Made by a program: the position numbers and the translations under genes | Shown: piece by piece, positions 7,755 to 16,099 of the stretch | Position numbering within the stretch: position 1 is the first letter of the stretch | Layout of the letters: each line of letters begins with the position of its first letter | Origin: Candidatus Micrarchaeota archaeon | Lineage (GTDB): Archaea > Iainarchaeota > Iainarchaeia > Iainarchaeales > JAGVWC01 | DNA: 35,875 nt | Direction of reading: 5' to 3' | Assembly (NCBI GenBank): GCA_018813975.1 | Contig: JAHJAQ010000117.1 | Coordinates: forward strand, 1 to 35,875 | Notes under the pieces: model-generated | Seen by the model: only the letters and a program-made list of their open reading frames with translations | What the model was told of the DNA's origin: nothing | Database searches by the model: none

Positions 7755-8924
7755 TTATTTCACCTGTGCTTTTTTGAAAATGTGCACGACCGCAGTTGCA
7801 CCGCTACCACCCACATTATGGGTTAAACCAATTTTAGCATCTTTTACTTGTCTTTCTTTGGCCAATCCATTTAATTGAAAAAACATTTCTACTGCTTGTT
7901 TGATTCCAGTCGCCCCCACGGGATGGCCGCAAGCCTTTAATCCGCCAGAAGGATTGATTGGAATTTCTCCTTTCAAACTTGTTTTGCCTTTTTCAGTTGC
8001 TTTTCCCCCATCTCCTTTTTTAAAAAAACCAAGATCTTCTATGGCAAGAATTTCTGCAATTGTAAAACAATCATGTACCTCTGCCAAATCAATATCGCTT
8101 GGTTTGAGGTGGGCTTCTTCAAAGTCTAGTTTGGCGGCTACTTTTGTTGCCATTAATTCTGTTAAACTCTTTCTTCCCGTTAAAGCCAGTGAATCGGATG
8201 CTTGGGTGCTTGCCAATATTTCAATGGCATTTTCACTGATTTTTTTGGCTTTGCTGGTTTCGCACAAAATAACCGTGGCTGCGCCATCGCTAATCGGAGA
8301 ACAATCTAATAATTTTAAGGGAGAAGCCACATAGCCCGAGTTCATAACATCTTGTATTGTAATCTCGCGGTGAAATTGGGCATTGGGATTAAACATGGCA
8401 TTATAATGGTTTTTTACCGCTACTTGTGCCATTTGTTCTTCTGTGGTTCCAAACGCTTCCATGTGCTTTCTGGCCAGCAACGCATACAAGGCCGGAAAGG
8501 TTGCGCCGTGAAATAATTCGGTTTCTTGGTCTCCAGCCCCCCCTAATGCAAAGCCTGCTTCTTCAACTGAAATTTCTGTCATTTTTTCCACGCCACCAAC
8601 CGCGACTACATCGTACAATCCACTTGCCACTGAAATGTACGCGTTTCGCAAAGCAACGCCACCCGAAGCACACGCAGCCTCTAATCGCGTAGCCGGCAAG
8701 GGAGTCAATCCTAATTCATCTGCAATCAAAGCGCCAATGTGTTCTTGTCCTACAAACCTTCCGGATGCCATGGTGCCGCCATAAATGGCTTGAATGGTTT
8801 TGCCTTCAATACCACTGGATTCTAAGGCCATTAAACCTGCTTTTCCAATGAGGTCTCTAAAGCTTTCATTCCAGTGTTCTCCAAAAGCCGTTTGGCCAGC
8901 TCCAATAATACTAACGCTTCTCAT
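7755..8924 (-). CDS. Acetyl-CoA C-acetyltransferase (archaeal thiolase)
   Basis: Active-site Cys context LEAACASGGVAL, plus GHPVGATG and NVGGSGAT near the C-terminus. Confidence 0.85.
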   Translation of the reverse strand: MRSVSIIGAGQTAFGEHWNESFRDLIGKAGLMALESSGIEGKTIQAIYGGTMASGRFVGQEHIGALIADELGLTPLPATRLEAACASGGVALRNAYISVASGLYDVVAVGGVEKMTEISVEEAGFALGGAGDQETELFHGATFPALYALLARKHMEAFGTTEEQMAQVAVKNHYNAMFNPNAQFHREITIQDVMNSGYVASPLKLLDCSPISDGAATVILCETSKAKKISENAIEILASTQASDSLALTGRKSLTELMATKVAAKLDFEEAHLKPSDIDLAEVHDCFTIAEILAIEDLGFFKKGDGGKATEKGKTSLKGEIPINPSGGLKACGHPVGATGIKQAVEMFFQLNGLAKERQVKDAKIGLTHNVGGSGATAVVHIFKKAQVK

Positions 8925-9313
8925 GGTTTTCCCTTTCGCTTGAATTTATTTGGGTCTATTATTATCCTATTGCTCTTCGCACCTTCAAATTTTATTCCAA
9001 TCAGGGTACAACAAAGTTCAAACTTTTCTCTTACCCTGTTTGCTCTTTGTGGATATCCATTTTCTTCGAGCCACCGTATTGTTTGAATAAATGTTCCAGT
9101 AATTTCTTTTATTTTGTTTGCCGCCCTTTTACTAGTATTTAAATTTTTACTGCCTAACTCCCTTCCAATTGCTTCAAGTCCTTCCATTGATAATCTTCCT
9201 AGTTTGGAGTTGACATACCTTGATACAGCAGCTATTTCCTGGTTTGTTTTTTTATTTTTTTTTCCCGTTTTTTTTGTTGTTTTCTTTTTTCCAAACATTT
9301 TTTTTCCTTCCAT
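8921..9313 (-). CDS. Hypothetical small basic protein (130 aa) with Lys-rich termini
   Basis: The ORF fills the whole gap between the HMGCS stop (9 nt upstream) and the thiolase ATG (ATGA overlap at 8924..8921). I recognise no motif. Confidence 0.5.
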   Translation of the reverse strand: MEGKKMFGKKKTTKKTGKKNKKTNQEIAAVSRYVNSKLGRLSMEGLEAIGRELGSKNLNTSKRAANKIKEITGTFIQTIRWLEENGYPQRANRVREKFELCCTLIGIKFEGAKSNRIIIDPNKFKRKGKP

Positions 9314-9322
9314 TTAGTTTTT

Positions 9323-10372
9323 TTATAAACTCTTCAGTTTTTTTCGGTGTTTTGCGTATTCTGAATAACTAATGTATTCTTTTTCTTGTATCATTTCTAA
9401 AACCGATATGGGCGCGCGTTTTGTTGAACTGTTTTTGGTTGTTGTTAAAACAAATGCATCGCTTCCGGCTCCACTACCATAACTAACCGCTAAAATCTTT
9501 TCTCCTGGTTTGGCAATATCTAATACGGATGCCAATCCTATCATAGTAGAACCGGAATAGGTGTTTCCAATTAAGGGCGTTATTAGCCCTTGTTTTAATT
9601 GTGCTTCTGTAAAACCGAGTTTTTTAGCCGCAATGCGAGGAAACTTTCCATTTGGCTGGTGAAAAATAACGTGGCTGAATTCTGTTGGTTTTAATCCTGT
9701 TTTTTCGAGAATTGCGTGGGTCGCGCCAAACACATGTCTAAAATAAGCGGGTTCTCCTGTAAACCTTCCGGCGTGTCTGGGAAATTCTGCGTGTTGTCTT
9801 CTCCAAAAATCCGGGGTGTCGGTGGTAAATGAAAAAGTTTCATCCAAGGTCGCGATTATTTCGTTTTTTTCTTTTCCCACAATAAAACCGGCTCCACCGC
9901 TTCCGGCAGTAAATTCCAGGGCATCGTTTGGTTTTCCTTGGGCAGTATCGGCTCCCACACTCAAACCATAGTTTATCATGTCACTTTTTACGAGTCCCAT
10001 GCACACTTGTATTCCGGCTGTTCCTGCTTTGCACGCAAATTCTAAATCTGCTGCCATAAAAGCAGGTCCGGCATTAATCGCATCGCCTACTATTGTAGCG
10101 GTTGGTTTTACAGCGTATGGATGGCTTTCGCTTCCCACAAAAATAGCCCCTATTTTTTGGCTGTCCAATTTTGCAGTTTCCAATGCCATTCGAGCTGCTT
10201 CTACACTAATTGTGGCGGTATCTTCGTCCCAGGCAGCCACTGCTTTTTCTTGTAAGCCCAAACCAGCACTAGTCTTTTTGCCGTCTTTTTTCCAAGTTTT
10301 AGCAATTTCTTCAATGGTAATGCGTAGTCTGGGTACAAAAAAACCATAGCCCACTATTCCGGCTTCTTGCAT
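9323..10372 (-). CDS. Hydroxymethylglutaryl-CoA synthase (archaeal type)
   Basis: GSESHPYAVKPTA; catalytic Cys context LEFACKAGTAG; HQPNGKFP; GNTYSGS. TTTTAAAA at 10396..10403 lies 24-31 nt upstream of the ATG. Confidence 0.85.
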   Translation of the reverse strand: MQEAGIVGYGFFVPRLRITIEEIAKTWKKDGKKTSAGLGLQEKAVAAWDEDTATISVEAARMALETAKLDSQKIGAIFVGSESHPYAVKPTATIVGDAINAGPAFMAADLEFACKAGTAGIQVCMGLVKSDMINYGLSVGADTAQGKPNDALEFTAGSGGAGFIVGKEKNEIIATLDETFSFTTDTPDFWRRQHAEFPRHAGRFTGEPAYFRHVFGATHAILEKTGLKPTEFSHVIFHQPNGKFPRIAAKKLGFTEAQLKQGLITPLIGNTYSGSTMIGLASVLDIAKPGEKILAVSYGSGAGSDAFVLTTTKNSSTKRAPISVLEMIQEKEYISYSEYAKHRKKLKSL

Positions 10373-10395
10373 ACTTTTCTTGCGTTTGCACGGGC

Positions 10396-10403
10396 TTTTA
10401 AAA
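10396..10403 (-). promoter_or_regulatory. TATA-box-like element (TTTTAAAA) for the HMGCS-led transcription unit
   Basis: 24-31 nt upstream of the HMGCS ATG with no SD in between. The same spacing recurs upstream of IDI-2, GGPPS, the KaiC-like gene, the RecJ-like gene and MVK. Confidence 0.4.
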
Positions 10404-10607
10404 GGCTTTATTCTTCTCTTTCAATAATTCGACAAATGCCGGTTATTCTTTTGTTTTGAAGGGATTTTTTGGGTTTTTTTTGTTTTTTTAGGGGCTTTTG
10501 GCGACAATTGTCTATTTTAGGGGAAATGAAGGGCGATTGTTTTTTATTGGGCTTTGAAAGTATGCTTTATATGCTTTAAAACAGGGAACAAAAAAATAAC
10601 TTTTTTT

Positions 10608-10640
10608 TCGGTTTTTTTTTTGGTAAAAACCGATTTTATT
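10608..10640 (+). promoter_or_regulatory. Terminator-like hairpin plus T-tract in the PPDK 5' leader (possible attenuator)
   Basis: TCGGTTTTT (10608..10616) pairs with AAAAACCGA (10625..10633) across an 8-nt loop, followed by TTTTATTT and then GGAGG. TATA-like TTTATATG/TTTAAAAC lie at 10566..10582 upstream. Confidence 0.3.
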
Positions 10641-10654
10641 TGGAGGAATTTTAT

Positions 10655-13303
10655 TTGACTGAGCAATTAGTATGGTCTTTTCGCGAAAACAATAAATCAT
10701 TAGAAGAAAGTGTTTTGTTGTTGGGAAACAAAGGCGCCCAATTAGTGGAAATGACGCGCATTGGCTTGCCTGTTCCCCCGGCTTTTACAATTTCAACCAA
10801 TGCCTGTAGAAGCTATCTTTCGAATAAGAAAAAATGGCCGGCTGATTTGGAAAAACAAGTCAAGCAAAAGATTGTTGAATTGGAAAAAGAAATAAATCGA
10901 AAACTAGGCGATACCGAAAATCCCCTATTGGTTTCGGTGAGAAGCGGTTCTTTTATTTCCATGCCGGGCATGATGGAAACCATTTTGAATCTTGGTTTGA
11001 ATGATGCTACTGTAAAAGGGCTGGCCCAAAAAACCAATAATCCGCGAATGGCTTGGGATAGTTATCGAAGACTTATTCAAATGTTCGGGGATGTTGTGTT
11101 GGGAATCGATAGTGCTCTTTTTGAAGGTCTTTTAACAAAAGCCAAGCAAAAAAAAGGAACCGAATTTGATACCGAATTAGAGGAAGGTGATTTGAAAGAA
11201 TTGGTATTACACTACAAAAAATTAGTGAAAGAAAAAACCAAAAAAGAATTTCCCCAAGATATTTGGGAACAATTGCGCTTAGCCATTAACGCGGTATTCG
11301 ATTCCTGGAATGCTGATAGAGCTATTGCGTATCGTCGCATTCACAATTTGCAAGAAGGTGCTGGAACCGGGGTAACCATTCAAGCCATGGTTTTTGGAAA
11401 CAAAGGAGAGCACTCTGCAACGGGCGTTGCGTTTTCACGCAATCCCAGTACGGGAGAAAAAGGATTGTACGGAGAATTTTTAGTAAACGCGCAAGGAGAA
11501 GATGTGGTGGCGGGAGTTAGAACGCCGCAACCAATCGTGGAATTGGAAAAGTTTAATCTTGAGCTTTTTGAACGCCTAAAAAGAATCGCAGTTTTATTGG
11601 AAAAACATTATAAAGAAATGCAGGATTTTGAATTCACGATTGAAAATGGAAAATTGTTTTTATTGCAAACCAGAACCGGAAAGAGAACCGCACAAGCAGC
11701 CATAAAAATTGCTATTGATATGGTAAAAGAAAAATTGATTTCCAAAGAAGAAGCCGTTCTACAAATAGATGCTAATCAGCTAAACCATGTCTTGCACAAG
11801 CAATTAAAACCAGCAGCTAAAAAGAGTGCTCAATTATTGGCAACTGGTTTAGCGGCTTCTCCGGGTGCTGCAATTGGAAAAGTGGTTTTTTCGGCCCAAG
11901 AAGCCTTGCATGAAAGTGAAAAAGACCCTTCTACTCCATTGATTTTGGTGCGACCCGAAACTTCTCCGGAGGATATTGAGGGCATTAGTATTGCAAAAGG
12001 AATCCTAACCAGTACGGGTGGTTTAACATCTCACGCGGCGGTTGTAGCGCGTGGAATGGGAAAGCCTTGCGTTTCGGGTTGTGACGCCATTGTAATTAAT
12101 GAAGAAAATGGTTCTTTTTTCGTGCAGTCTAATGGCGATTCTGTTACGGTTAAAGCAGGAGAATGGCTTTCATTGGATGGGGGTATGGGAGAAGTTTTTT
12201 TGGGAAAACTGGATGTTGAAGCGCCATCTCTTTCGGGCGATTTTGCTACTTTAATGGATTGGGCGGATTTTTTTCGAAAACTAGAAGTGCGAACCAATGC
12301 CGATACCCCCAAAGATGCTAGCGTTGCCAAGAATTTTGGAGCAGAAGGAATTGGATTGTGTAGAACCGAACACATGTTTTTTGATAAAGACAGGCTGCCC
12401 ATTATGCGACAAATGATTATGGCGGATTCGCCTGAAAAAAGAAAAAAAGCCTTGGAAAAGCTATTGCCTTTTCAACGAAAAGATTTTGAAGGATTGTTTG
12501 AGGTCATGAATGGCTTGCCAGTCACCATCCGATTATTGGATCCGCCTTTACACGAATTTTTACCCAAAACAAAAGAAGAAATGCAGGCATTGGCAAGTGA
12601 AATGAATGTTTCCATTGAATTTGTTCGAAAAATTAATAATAGTTTGAAAGAGTTTAATCCCATGCTTGGGTTTAGAGGTTGTAGATTAGGAGTTGTTTTT
12701 CCGGAAATAACCAAAATGCAGATTAGAGCGGTTTTTGAAGCCGCTCTAAATGCCCAGCGAAATGGCATTAAAGCAACTCCCGAAATCGAAATTCCGTTGG
12801 TGGCATTTGAAAAAGAATTTGATATAATCTTGGAATTAGTAAAAAAGATTGCACTAAAATTAGATCCAAAAGAAAGCGTGGATTATAAAATAGGGTGTAT
12901 GATCGAGGTTCCACGCAGTGCATTAATTGCAGATAAACTAGCGAAAAAATCCGATTTTTTTTCATTTGGAACCAATGATCTAACCCAAACTACTCTGGGT
13001 TTTTCACGAGATGATACTGGAAAGTTCATTGCTGCCTACAAAGACAAGAAAGTGTTTGATTGGGATCCTTTTGTTTCCATTGATGAAATCGGGGTGGGAG
13101 CTTTAATGCAAATCGCGGTTGAAAAAGCACGAGAATCCAACCCCGAAATTGAAATTGGTATTTGTGGAGAACACGGGGGCGATCCCCGTTCAGTAGAATT
13201 TTGTCACAAACTAGGATTGGATAATGTTTCTTGTTCGCCGTATCGCGTTCCCATTGCACGGCTGGCAGCAGCACAAGCGGCCATTAAAGAAAAACTGGCT
13301 TAG
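10655..13303 (+). CDS. ppdK: Pyruvate, phosphate dikinase
   Basis: LGNKGAQLVEMTRIGLPVPPAFTIST; phospho-His loop GGLTSHAAVVARGMGKPCVSG; C-terminal PEP/pyruvate domain GLCRTEHMF ... FFSFGTNDLTQ ... CGEHGGDP. The tracked ORF starts at TTG 10640. However, GGAGG at 10642..10646 followed 8 nt later by TTG 10655 has the same geometry as the pilin gene start, so 10655 is preferred. Confidence 0.85.
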   Translation: MTEQLVWSFRENNKSLEESVLLLGNKGAQLVEMTRIGLPVPPAFTISTNACRSYLSNKKKWPADLEKQVKQKIVELEKEINRKLGDTENPLLVSVRSGSFISMPGMMETILNLGLNDATVKGLAQKTNNPRMAWDSYRRLIQMFGDVVLGIDSALFEGLLTKAKQKKGTEFDTELEEGDLKELVLHYKKLVKEKTKKEFPQDIWEQLRLAINAVFDSWNADRAIAYRRIHNLQEGAGTGVTIQAMVFGNKGEHSATGVAFSRNPSTGEKGLYGEFLVNAQGEDVVAGVRTPQPIVELEKFNLELFERLKRIAVLLEKHYKEMQDFEFTIENGKLFLLQTRTGKRTAQAAIKIAIDMVKEKLISKEEAVLQIDANQLNHVLHKQLKPAAKKSAQLLATGLAASPGAAIGKVVFSAQEALHESEKDPSTPLILVRPETSPEDIEGISIAKGILTSTGGLTSHAAVVARGMGKPCVSGCDAIVINEENGSFFVQSNGDSVTVKAGEWLSLDGGMGEVFLGKLDVEAPSLSGDFATLMDWADFFRKLEVRTNADTPKDASVAKNFGAEGIGLCRTEHMFFDKDRLPIMRQMIMADSPEKRKKALEKLLPFQRKDFEGLFEVMNGLPVTIRLLDPPLHEFLPKTKEEMQALASEMNVSIEFVRKINNSLKEFNPMLGFRGCRLGVVFPEITKMQIRAVFEAALNAQRNGIKATPEIEIPLVAFEKEFDIILELVKKIALKLDPKESVDYKIGCMIEVPRSALIADKLAKKSDFFSFGTNDLTQTTLGFSRDDTGKFIAAYKDKKVFDWDPFVSIDEIGVGALMQIAVEKARESNPEIEIGICGEHGGDPRSVEFCHKLGLDNVSCSPYRVPIARLAAAQAAIKEKLA

Positions 13304-14394
13304 TTTTCTAGTATAATCGGATTGTTTCCGCTAATTTCTTTTATTATCACATCTTCAGAAGCCACCTGGCCCGCTTCATTGAAGGTTATAATATTAGAAT
13401 ATCCCTCATAATTCTCCACTTTTAAAAGAAACGCTCGAATCTCTTCCGTGGTTTTGTTTCCTTCTTTAACGGCGTTTAAAACAAGCGCGGTCATGTCATA
13501 GGTTGTAGCGGCACTAATGGCGCTCGGTTTTTTTCCAAATCGTGCTTCAAATCGTTCACTGAATTCTTGCATTTTTTCGCGTTGCTTGGGCGCGGCATAA
13601 ATAATACCGTCTGCGAGAGTTCCTGCTTGTTCCAAAAAAACCTCACTTTCTGCACGAGAAAAAGGAACATACATTTGCTGTAAAACGCCTAGCTCAAATA
13701 ATTGCCTGTTAAATAGAATCTGTCCGTTATCCGTTGCAATTACTGTATAAATAACATCCGGGTTTAGTTCTTTTATTTGCAATATTTCGGTTCTAAAATC
13801 AGTGCTGCCATCATTGAGCTGGAATTCCTTTAATGTATTTATCCCGCCACTTTTTTCCAGTTCATTCTTAAGAATTTCAATATGCCCTAAAGACCATGAA
13901 TTATTGGAATATACTAAAACAATTTTTTCAACTGCGTTTTTTTTCATATACTGTACGGCTTTTTTTATTTGGGAACGCTCGCTTGGAGTAGCACTGAAAA
14001 AATAGTCAGATTCCCGCCAAGGCTGTTCGCCACCCATCCATGGCGAAATAAACAAGACTTTTTTTTCTGCTGAAATGGGTGCTACTACTTCACTAAACTC
14101 CGCCCAAACAGGGCCAATAATAACCGGCACATTATCCACCTCAATCAATTTGTGTCCGGCAGTTACCGTTGTTTGCAAATCTGAGTGAAAATCTTCTATA
14201 ATATATTCTACTTCAAGTCCAGAGTCTTCAATGGCTAAGAGAAATCCTTCTTTTGCCGCTTCTCCTGCAAAAGCAGCATACCCCGTTAACGGAAAAAGCC
14301 CCCCAATTTTTAGTTCACTTGTTGGCGTGTTTTGCACGCATCCATTCAAAACAACAAGCAATGCAATAAATACAATTAGAAAACCTTTTTTCAT
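13300..14394 (-). CDS. Periplasmic-binding-protein type 1 (LivJ-like) ABC substrate-binding lipoprotein
   Basis: Signal peptide MKKGFLIVFIALLVVLNGC (lipobox-like Cys), then a Leu/Ile/Val-binding-protein-like fold pattern (GGLFPLTG...AG; VIIGP). The ATG at 14394 is preceded by AGGTG. There is no permease or ATPase gene in the window. Confidence 0.65.
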   Translation of the reverse strand: MKKGFLIVFIALLVVLNGCVQNTPTSELKIGGLFPLTGYAAFAGEAAKEGFLLAIEDSGLEVEYIIEDFHSDLQTTVTAGHKLIEVDNVPVIIGPVWAEFSEVVAPISAEKKVLFISPWMGGEQPWRESDYFFSATPSERSQIKKAVQYMKKNAVEKIVLVYSNNSWSLGHIEILKNELEKSGGINTLKEFQLNDGSTDFRTEILQIKELNPDVIYTVIATDNGQILFNRQLFELGVLQQMYVPFSRAESEVFLEQAGTLADGIIYAAPKQREKMQEFSERFEARFGKKPSAISAATTYDMTALVLNAVKEGNKTTEEIRAFLLKVENYEGYSNIITFNEAGQVASEDVIIKEISGNNPIILEN

Positions 14395-14412
14395 ACAAAA
14401 CACCTATGGAAG

Positions 14413-15690
14413 TTAATCATAAAACGCGAATTCTTTGCAAAATTCTTGTACGCCTGCTTTTATTTTTTTCAATTCACTATCGTCTTTTGCATGATCCAAG
14501 GCTTTTACTATAAATCGTGCAATTTCTTTCATTTCGCTTTCTTTCATGCCCCGAGTGGTTATGGCGGGGGTTCCAATCCTGATTCCGCTGGGGTCCCATG
14601 GTTTTCTCGTATCAAACGGAATCGTGTTTCGATTACAATAAATTCCAGCTTTTTCTAAGGCCTGTTCTGCTTCTTTTCCTGGAAGATTTTTGCTTTTCAT
14701 AGTATCCACGAGCATTAAATAATAATCTGTCCCCCCACTAACCAAGCGCAATCCGTTTTGCATTAGTTCTTCTGCCATTGCCTTGGCATTTTTTACAATT
14801 TGTTGAGCATATTCTTTGAAGCTTGGTTGTAATGCTTCTTTGAAAGCAACTGCTTTGGCAGCGGTAATGTGTTCGTGCGGTCCGCCTTGCAAACCAGGAA
14901 AAACTGCTTTGTCAATTTTTTCTTTCCATTCTTCCGTACAAAAAATAACCGCTCCGCGCGGTCCCCTAAGCGTTTTGTGCGTGGTAGTGGTTACAATATC
15001 AAAATATGGAACTGGATTTTCATGCACGCCAGCCGCACACAATCCAGCAATGTGCGCAATATCCGCCATACAAACAGCCCCCACAGAATCACAAATTTCT
15101 CTAAACCGCTTAAAATCAATCGCGCGCGGATACGCGGTATACCCTGATAGAATTAGTTTTGGTTTTTCTTTTTCCGCTAGTTTTTGAATGGCATCATAAT
15201 CCAATAATTCGGTTTTAGGATTTAAGGTATATTGAACCGCATTAAATAATTTTCCTGAAAAGTTTACGGGATGGCCGTGTGTTAAGTGACCGCCTTCGGT
15301 TAGTTTTAATCCAAAAAACTTATCGCCCGGTTCTAATGCTGCAAAAAAAGCCGCCATATTAGCCGGGCTTCCAGAAAGCGGTTGTACATTGGCGTGTTTG
15401 GCGTCAAACAATTTTTTGGCGCGTTCAATGGCAAGATTTTCAATTTCATCAATAAATTCATTTCCCCCATAATATCGTTTGGAAGGATATCCTTCCGAGT
15501 ATTTGTTGGAGAGGACGGTTCCCATTGCCTCTAGCACACTTTGGGATACTAAATTTTCACTGGGAATTAATTCTATTCCATGCATTTGTCGTTCTTGTTC
15601 TTTTATAATCCATTGGTATGCTTCTGGATCAAATTGTTGGAGTGCATTCAAATGCATGGAATGTTGCTTTTGTTTTTTTTGTTCAGACAT
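14413..15690 (-). CDS. glyA: Serine hydroxymethyltransferase
   Basis: ELIPSENLVS, GYPSKRYYGG, and the PLP-lysine motif TTTTHKTLRGPRG. Confidence 0.9.
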   Translation of the reverse strand: MSEQKKQKQHSMHLNALQQFDPEAYQWIIKEQERQMHGIELIPSENLVSQSVLEAMGTVLSNKYSEGYPSKRYYGGNEFIDEIENLAIERAKKLFDAKHANVQPLSGSPANMAAFFAALEPGDKFFGLKLTEGGHLTHGHPVNFSGKLFNAVQYTLNPKTELLDYDAIQKLAEKEKPKLILSGYTAYPRAIDFKRFREICDSVGAVCMADIAHIAGLCAAGVHENPVPYFDIVTTTTHKTLRGPRGAVIFCTEEWKEKIDKAVFPGLQGGPHEHITAAKAVAFKEALQPSFKEYAQQIVKNAKAMAEELMQNGLRLVSGGTDYYLMLVDTMKSKNLPGKEAEQALEKAGIYCNRNTIPFDTRKPWDPSGIRIGTPAITTRGMKESEMKEIARFIVKALDHAKDDSELKKIKAGVQEFCKEFAFYD

Positions 15691-15691
15691 A

Positions 15692-16087
15692 TTATTTTGC
15701 TTCCTTAAGTCCCAATTTTTTTAATGCTTTTACGACCTTGTTTAGGTGCTCTTTTCGGGCGATTACATAATCCTTTGAATAGGTGGAAACAATCAAGGAG
15801 TTTGTTTTTTCCTTGGCGATGGCGCTTGTCACGATTGCCAAAAATCCAGCCGTGAACGGTGCCGAAAGGTTTAGTGCAATGAGTTTCCAGTCTTGTGGGT
15901 TTTTTTTAATTATTTCCAGTTCTTGGACATTTTCTTTCTTGGTCAGAACGGTTATTTCGTCTGAATCCTGCGAAATCATAAAATGTTTTTTTGAGTCTGG
16001 AAATTTGGAAACCTTTACATACCAGAATTCGCCTGGTTGGACTAAAAATGTGCTCGTGGAAATAATTTTTTTCATTTTTGAATCCAT
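15692..16087 (-). CDS. ACT-domain (ACT_7/CASTOR-like) small ligand-binding protein
   Basis: The C-terminal half, LSAPFTAGFLAIVTSAIAKEKTNSLIVSTYSKDYVIARKEHL, matches the ACT_7 pattern (G.LA.I...LA...I....ST...DY.L). It ends 1 nt before the SHMT ATG. Confidence 0.55.
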   Translation of the reverse strand: MDSKMKKIISTSTFLVQPGEFWYVKVSKFPDSKKHFMISQDSDEITVLTKKENVQELEIIKKNPQDWKLIALNLSAPFTAGFLAIVTSAIAKEKTNSLIVSTYSKDYVIARKEHLNKVVKALKKLGLKEAK

Positions 16088-16099
16088 TTTTTCACCTTT

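Noticed and set aside
10461-10551. A cluster of six G3-G4 tracts in the T-rich divergent HMGCS/PPDK intergenic region, considered as a possible G-quadruplex.
   Set aside because: The loops between tracts are 7-25 nt, so most exceed canonical G4 loop lengths. Similar isolated GGGG runs occur in other intergenic regions (for example 1045..1090). There is no evidence beyond composition.
10512-10700. A 62-aa minus-strand ORF in the HMGCS/PPDK intergenic region.
   Set aside because: It spans the promoter and leader region and overlaps the PPDK start. Its product is low-complexity and it has no start signal.
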